From NCBI GenBank assembly GCA_964615185.1, contig CAZTOS010000015.1:1-19241 (forward strand): a stretch of DNA of 19,241 nucleotides. The letters run 5' to 3'. Shown here piece after piece: positions 17,049 through 19,241 of this stretch (position 1 is its first letter; the number at the start of each line of letters is the position of its first letter). A program made the translations under genes and the position numbers. This DNA comes from an uncultured Thermococci archaeon. Lineage in GTDB: Archaea; Methanobacteriota_B; Thermococci; Thermococcales; Thermococcaceae. The notes under the pieces were generated by a model that was not told the origin of the DNA, searched no databases, and saw nothing but the letters and a program-made list of their open reading frames with translations.

Positions 17049-17557
17049 CTCCCGCTCTAAGTTTCTTTTTATAATATTCGTATTCAAGTTTAAGCTTTTG
17101 GTAATTTTCATTCTCTATACTTGCCAAATACCTACATATTAGCTTGGATTCTCTATTCCGAGTTTTTTCTGCCAGTTCACTATAAATACTCCTGAGGAGT
17201 AGTTTTAGTTTCATAGCAAGTTCAAGAATTTCCAAAGGAGAATTGGTCTTCTCAAGTCTTTTGGAAACGTTTATAAAGTCGAAATCAACTGGATCAAGTG
17301 GAATTTTTGGAAGTTCTTGAGTCTCTGGGTTAAATAATCTCTTGTTGTAGATTTCCCATAAACGATAAGCATTGCTTTGTGAATCTTTTGAGAGGATTAT
17401 GAAGAGCTCTATTATGTCTTCATCTTTGTTGAGAGTTTTGGCTTTTTCAGCAAAGTATTCATATTCACATGATTCTTTGATCCTGTTCCTTATCCAATAA
17501 ATGAGATAAGTTTTTCAGTTGTGTTATTATATCTTCAATGTTTATTTCTTCCTCCAT
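17029..17557 (-). pseudogene. Frameshifted second ferritin/rubrerythrin-like repeat
   Basis: MEEEINIEDIITQLKNLS (from 17557, in the frame of the upstream ORF) continues after a +1 shift near 17500 as YWIRNRIKESCEYEYFAEKAK...LFIILSKDSQSNAYRLWEIYNKRLF...LEILELAMK...YLASIENENYQKLK, open to 17029 and colinear with the first repeat. Confidence 0.75.
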
Positions 17558-18121
17558 GATATTAAATTTATTCTTTATCTTTAAAATTTTTGTAATTTTA
17601 ATATTTTTTGGATCTTTTCTGATTTTTTGTACATAGAATTTATGCTCGACTTTAAGTTTATGATAGTGCTCGTTTTCCACAGTTGCCAAATATTCGTAAA
17701 TTCTTCTCATTTTTTCGTCTTTTGCCCTTTTGGCGAGGATCTCATAAATTCTTTTCGCAAGAAGTTCTGATTCCATTGCCAACTCCAGCACCTCGAGGAC
17801 GTTCTTTGTCTCTTTAAATTTGTCAAGGAGAGGCTCAACTTCAATAAGGGGCAAATCTACTTCTTCAAGTTTTTCTGTTCTGAACAGGCGCTTATATATT
17901 TCCCATAAACGGGTTGCATGTCCTTTTGATTCCTTCGAAAGAATGATAAATGTTTCCACAATCCTATCTTCAAGCCCTAATTCTTTTGCTCTTATGGCGA
18001 GATCTTTATAGAGTTCTGCCTCTTTGAGTTCACCCTCAATCCAATAGCTTAGGATTTCTTTGTCACTTAGTTTCTCAAGCTCTTCGATAAACTTTTCAAT
18101 ATTCAAATGAGTATTGTCCAT
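17465..18121 (-). CDS. Ferritin-like/rubrerythrin-family protein; runs on into the start of a second repeat and ends after the frameshift
   Basis: Four-helix pattern: EGELKEAELY, KESKGH, AMESE..A..IY, VENEH; RBS GGTGA supports ATG 18121. Confidence 0.75.
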   Translation of the reverse strand: MDNTHLNIEKFIEELEKLSDKEILSYWIEGELKEAELYKDLAIRAKELGLEDRIVETFIILSKESKGHATRLWEIYKRLFRTEKLEEVDLPLIEVEPLLDKFKETKNVLEVLELAMESELLAKRIYEILAKRAKDEKMRRIYEYLATVENEHYHKLKVEHKFYVQKIRKDPKNIKITKILKIKNKFNIMEEEINIEDIITQLKNLSHLLDKEQDQRIM

Positions 18122-18161
18122 GATTAATGTCACCAATACATTTTCTGAATTCCAAACTTAT

Positions 18162-18344
18162 TTATCTTACCAATAAAATCGTGAAGACCATCAAAAGATA
18201 TGTTATTATGCTTAAAATTATGTGCATTTTTATCCAGAAGTTCTTTCTGTTTCTGTTCAAAAATATAAATGCCCCACTGAGCATCGTCAGATTCATGAAT
18301 GCAAAGGTCAGATAACCAATGGTGCAATGATCAAAGCCTACCAT
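18162..18344 (-). CDS. Small two-helix membrane protein of unknown function
   Basis: TGATG coupling to the nitroreductase stop, GGTGGGGG RBS-like sequence, two hydrophobic segments joined by a basic loop (NRNRKN). Confidence 0.65.
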   Translation of the reverse strand: MVGFDHCTIGYLTFAFMNLTMLSGAFIFLNRNRKNFWIKMHIILSIITYLLMVFTILLVR

Positions 18345-19051
18345 CACGGAACCCCCACCGGGAATATATAAACTGGGTCTCCATCAGTGCCAAGTATCTT
18401 GGCAACTTCTTCATCATAGAAGGCTCCAACTGCAACCGTTCCCAAACCCAAAGCTGTTGCTTGGAGATAAATATTTTGACCTATATGACCAGCTTCCATG
18501 TAGACATATCTGTAGCCTCTTTCACCGTAGTACTTTGTTGTTCTCTTATAAAATGCCACAAGGACAATATCAACGGCAGCTTTTCCGACCCATTGCTGAT
18601 TTAATGCAGCTGCCTGGAGTTGCTTCCTATAGTCTCCCTTCTTTATTACCATTAAACTGTGCTTAAATGGGTCATAGTGATAGATTCCTGGTTCTAAGCC
18701 CTCAACATTTCCTACAACCACATAAATTTCAAAAGGATAGGTTGCCCCAGCACTTGGGGCAGCTCTGAACTTTTTCTTTTCCTCGGTTATGCCTTGAGCA
18801 GCCCATAACAGCTGGGAAAGCTGTTTAAGTGTTAAGGACTTGTCCTTGTAATAACGTATGCTTCTCCTCTTTGCTATTGCTTCTTCAACACTCATGTTTC
18901 CTTTTAAGTTAGGTTCAGGCAGCATAATTTCCTCCCCCTCATATTTGATGCTCTCCCTTCTGAAGGAGTATAAGTAAGGCTTGAAGAAAACTATGAAGAG
19001 GGAAACAAACACAATGATGATTATCAGGTAGCTAATTTTTTGATAATTCAT
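18344..19051 (-). CDS. SagB/ThcOx-like nitroreductase-family flavoprotein with an N-terminal membrane anchor
   Basis: RRSIRYY, LSQLLWAAQG, RAAPSAGATYP, EAGHIGQN..L.A..LGLG; hydrophobic residues 6-23. Confidence 0.88.
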   Translation of the reverse strand: MNYQKISYLIIIIVFVSLFIVFFKPYLYSFRRESIKYEGEEIMLPEPNLKGNMSVEEAIAKRRSIRYYKDKSLTLKQLSQLLWAAQGITEEKKKFRAAPSAGATYPFEIYVVVGNVEGLEPGIYHYDPFKHSLMVIKKGDYRKQLQAAALNQQWVGKAAVDIVLVAFYKRTTKYYGERGYRYVYMEAGHIGQNIYLQATALGLGTVAVGAFYDEEVAKILGTDGDPVYIFPVGVP

Positions 19052-19241
19052 GATTGTAGATTATGCATTTCAAGTATTTTAGGGCTTCGCTTCATCATCC
19101 TTTCATTCCAGGGAGTTTATGAAAGTTTTACTGAAGCCTGCAATGTTGAGAGTATAAGGGATGAGCCCGAGAGCTCTAACTATAACAATTGTGCACTAAT
19201 CTTATTAACCTATTTTCCAAATCTCCTAACATGTTCCATGT

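Noticed and set aside
17500..17520. Programmed -1 frameshift at G-AAA-AAC joining the ferritin repeats
   Set aside because: The required shift is +1, and alignment to repeat 1 shows missing residues, favouring a deletion.
18127..18666. ORFs 18127-18315(+), 18130-18327(-), 18299-18604(+) and 18457-18666(+)
   Set aside because: They overlap the better-supported small membrane gene and nitroreductase and show no motif support.
18162..19051. Azole-RiPP (TOMM) cluster suggested by the SagB-like gene and adjacent short ORF
   Set aside because: No YcaO, E1-like or transporter gene in the window; the short ORF is a hydrophobic membrane peptide without a Cys/Ser/Thr-rich core.
19082..19168. Canonical box C/D guide RNA
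   Set aside because: The ATGATGA on the minus strand has no CTGA D or D' box downstream at suitable spacing; the nearby CTGA is on the opposite strand.

Overview
Archaeal, Thermococcales-type sequence (inferred from protein families, GGAGG/GGTGA ribosome-binding sites, BRE-TATA promoters and SurR-type boxes). The window opens with the 3' end of an MrpD/MbhH-like antiporter gene. Two complete, co-oriented 14-gene Mrp-linked membrane-bound [NiFe]-hydrogenase operons follow (mbhA-N copy 1, 466-8699; copy 2, 9027-17048), each behind its own AT-rich promoter region with SurR-like GTTn3AAC boxes. Copy 1 resembles canonical MBH, but its MbhN has an extra 2x[4Fe-4S] domain. Copy 2 is an anciently diverged paralogue that keeps all four Ni-binding Cys; its MbhH lacks the conserved TM8 lysine and its MbhL has a DPCLCC motif. 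A minus-strand unit converges on copy 2: a membrane-anchored SagB/ThcOx-like nitroreductase, a 60-aa membrane protein, and a tandem ferritin/rubrerythrin-like gene whose second, ligand-less repeat is frameshifted. Tandem MBH operons are, from recollection, already reported in some Thermococcus species, so the likely novelty is in subunit-level differences. All family calls come from motif recognition by eye; no searches were run.
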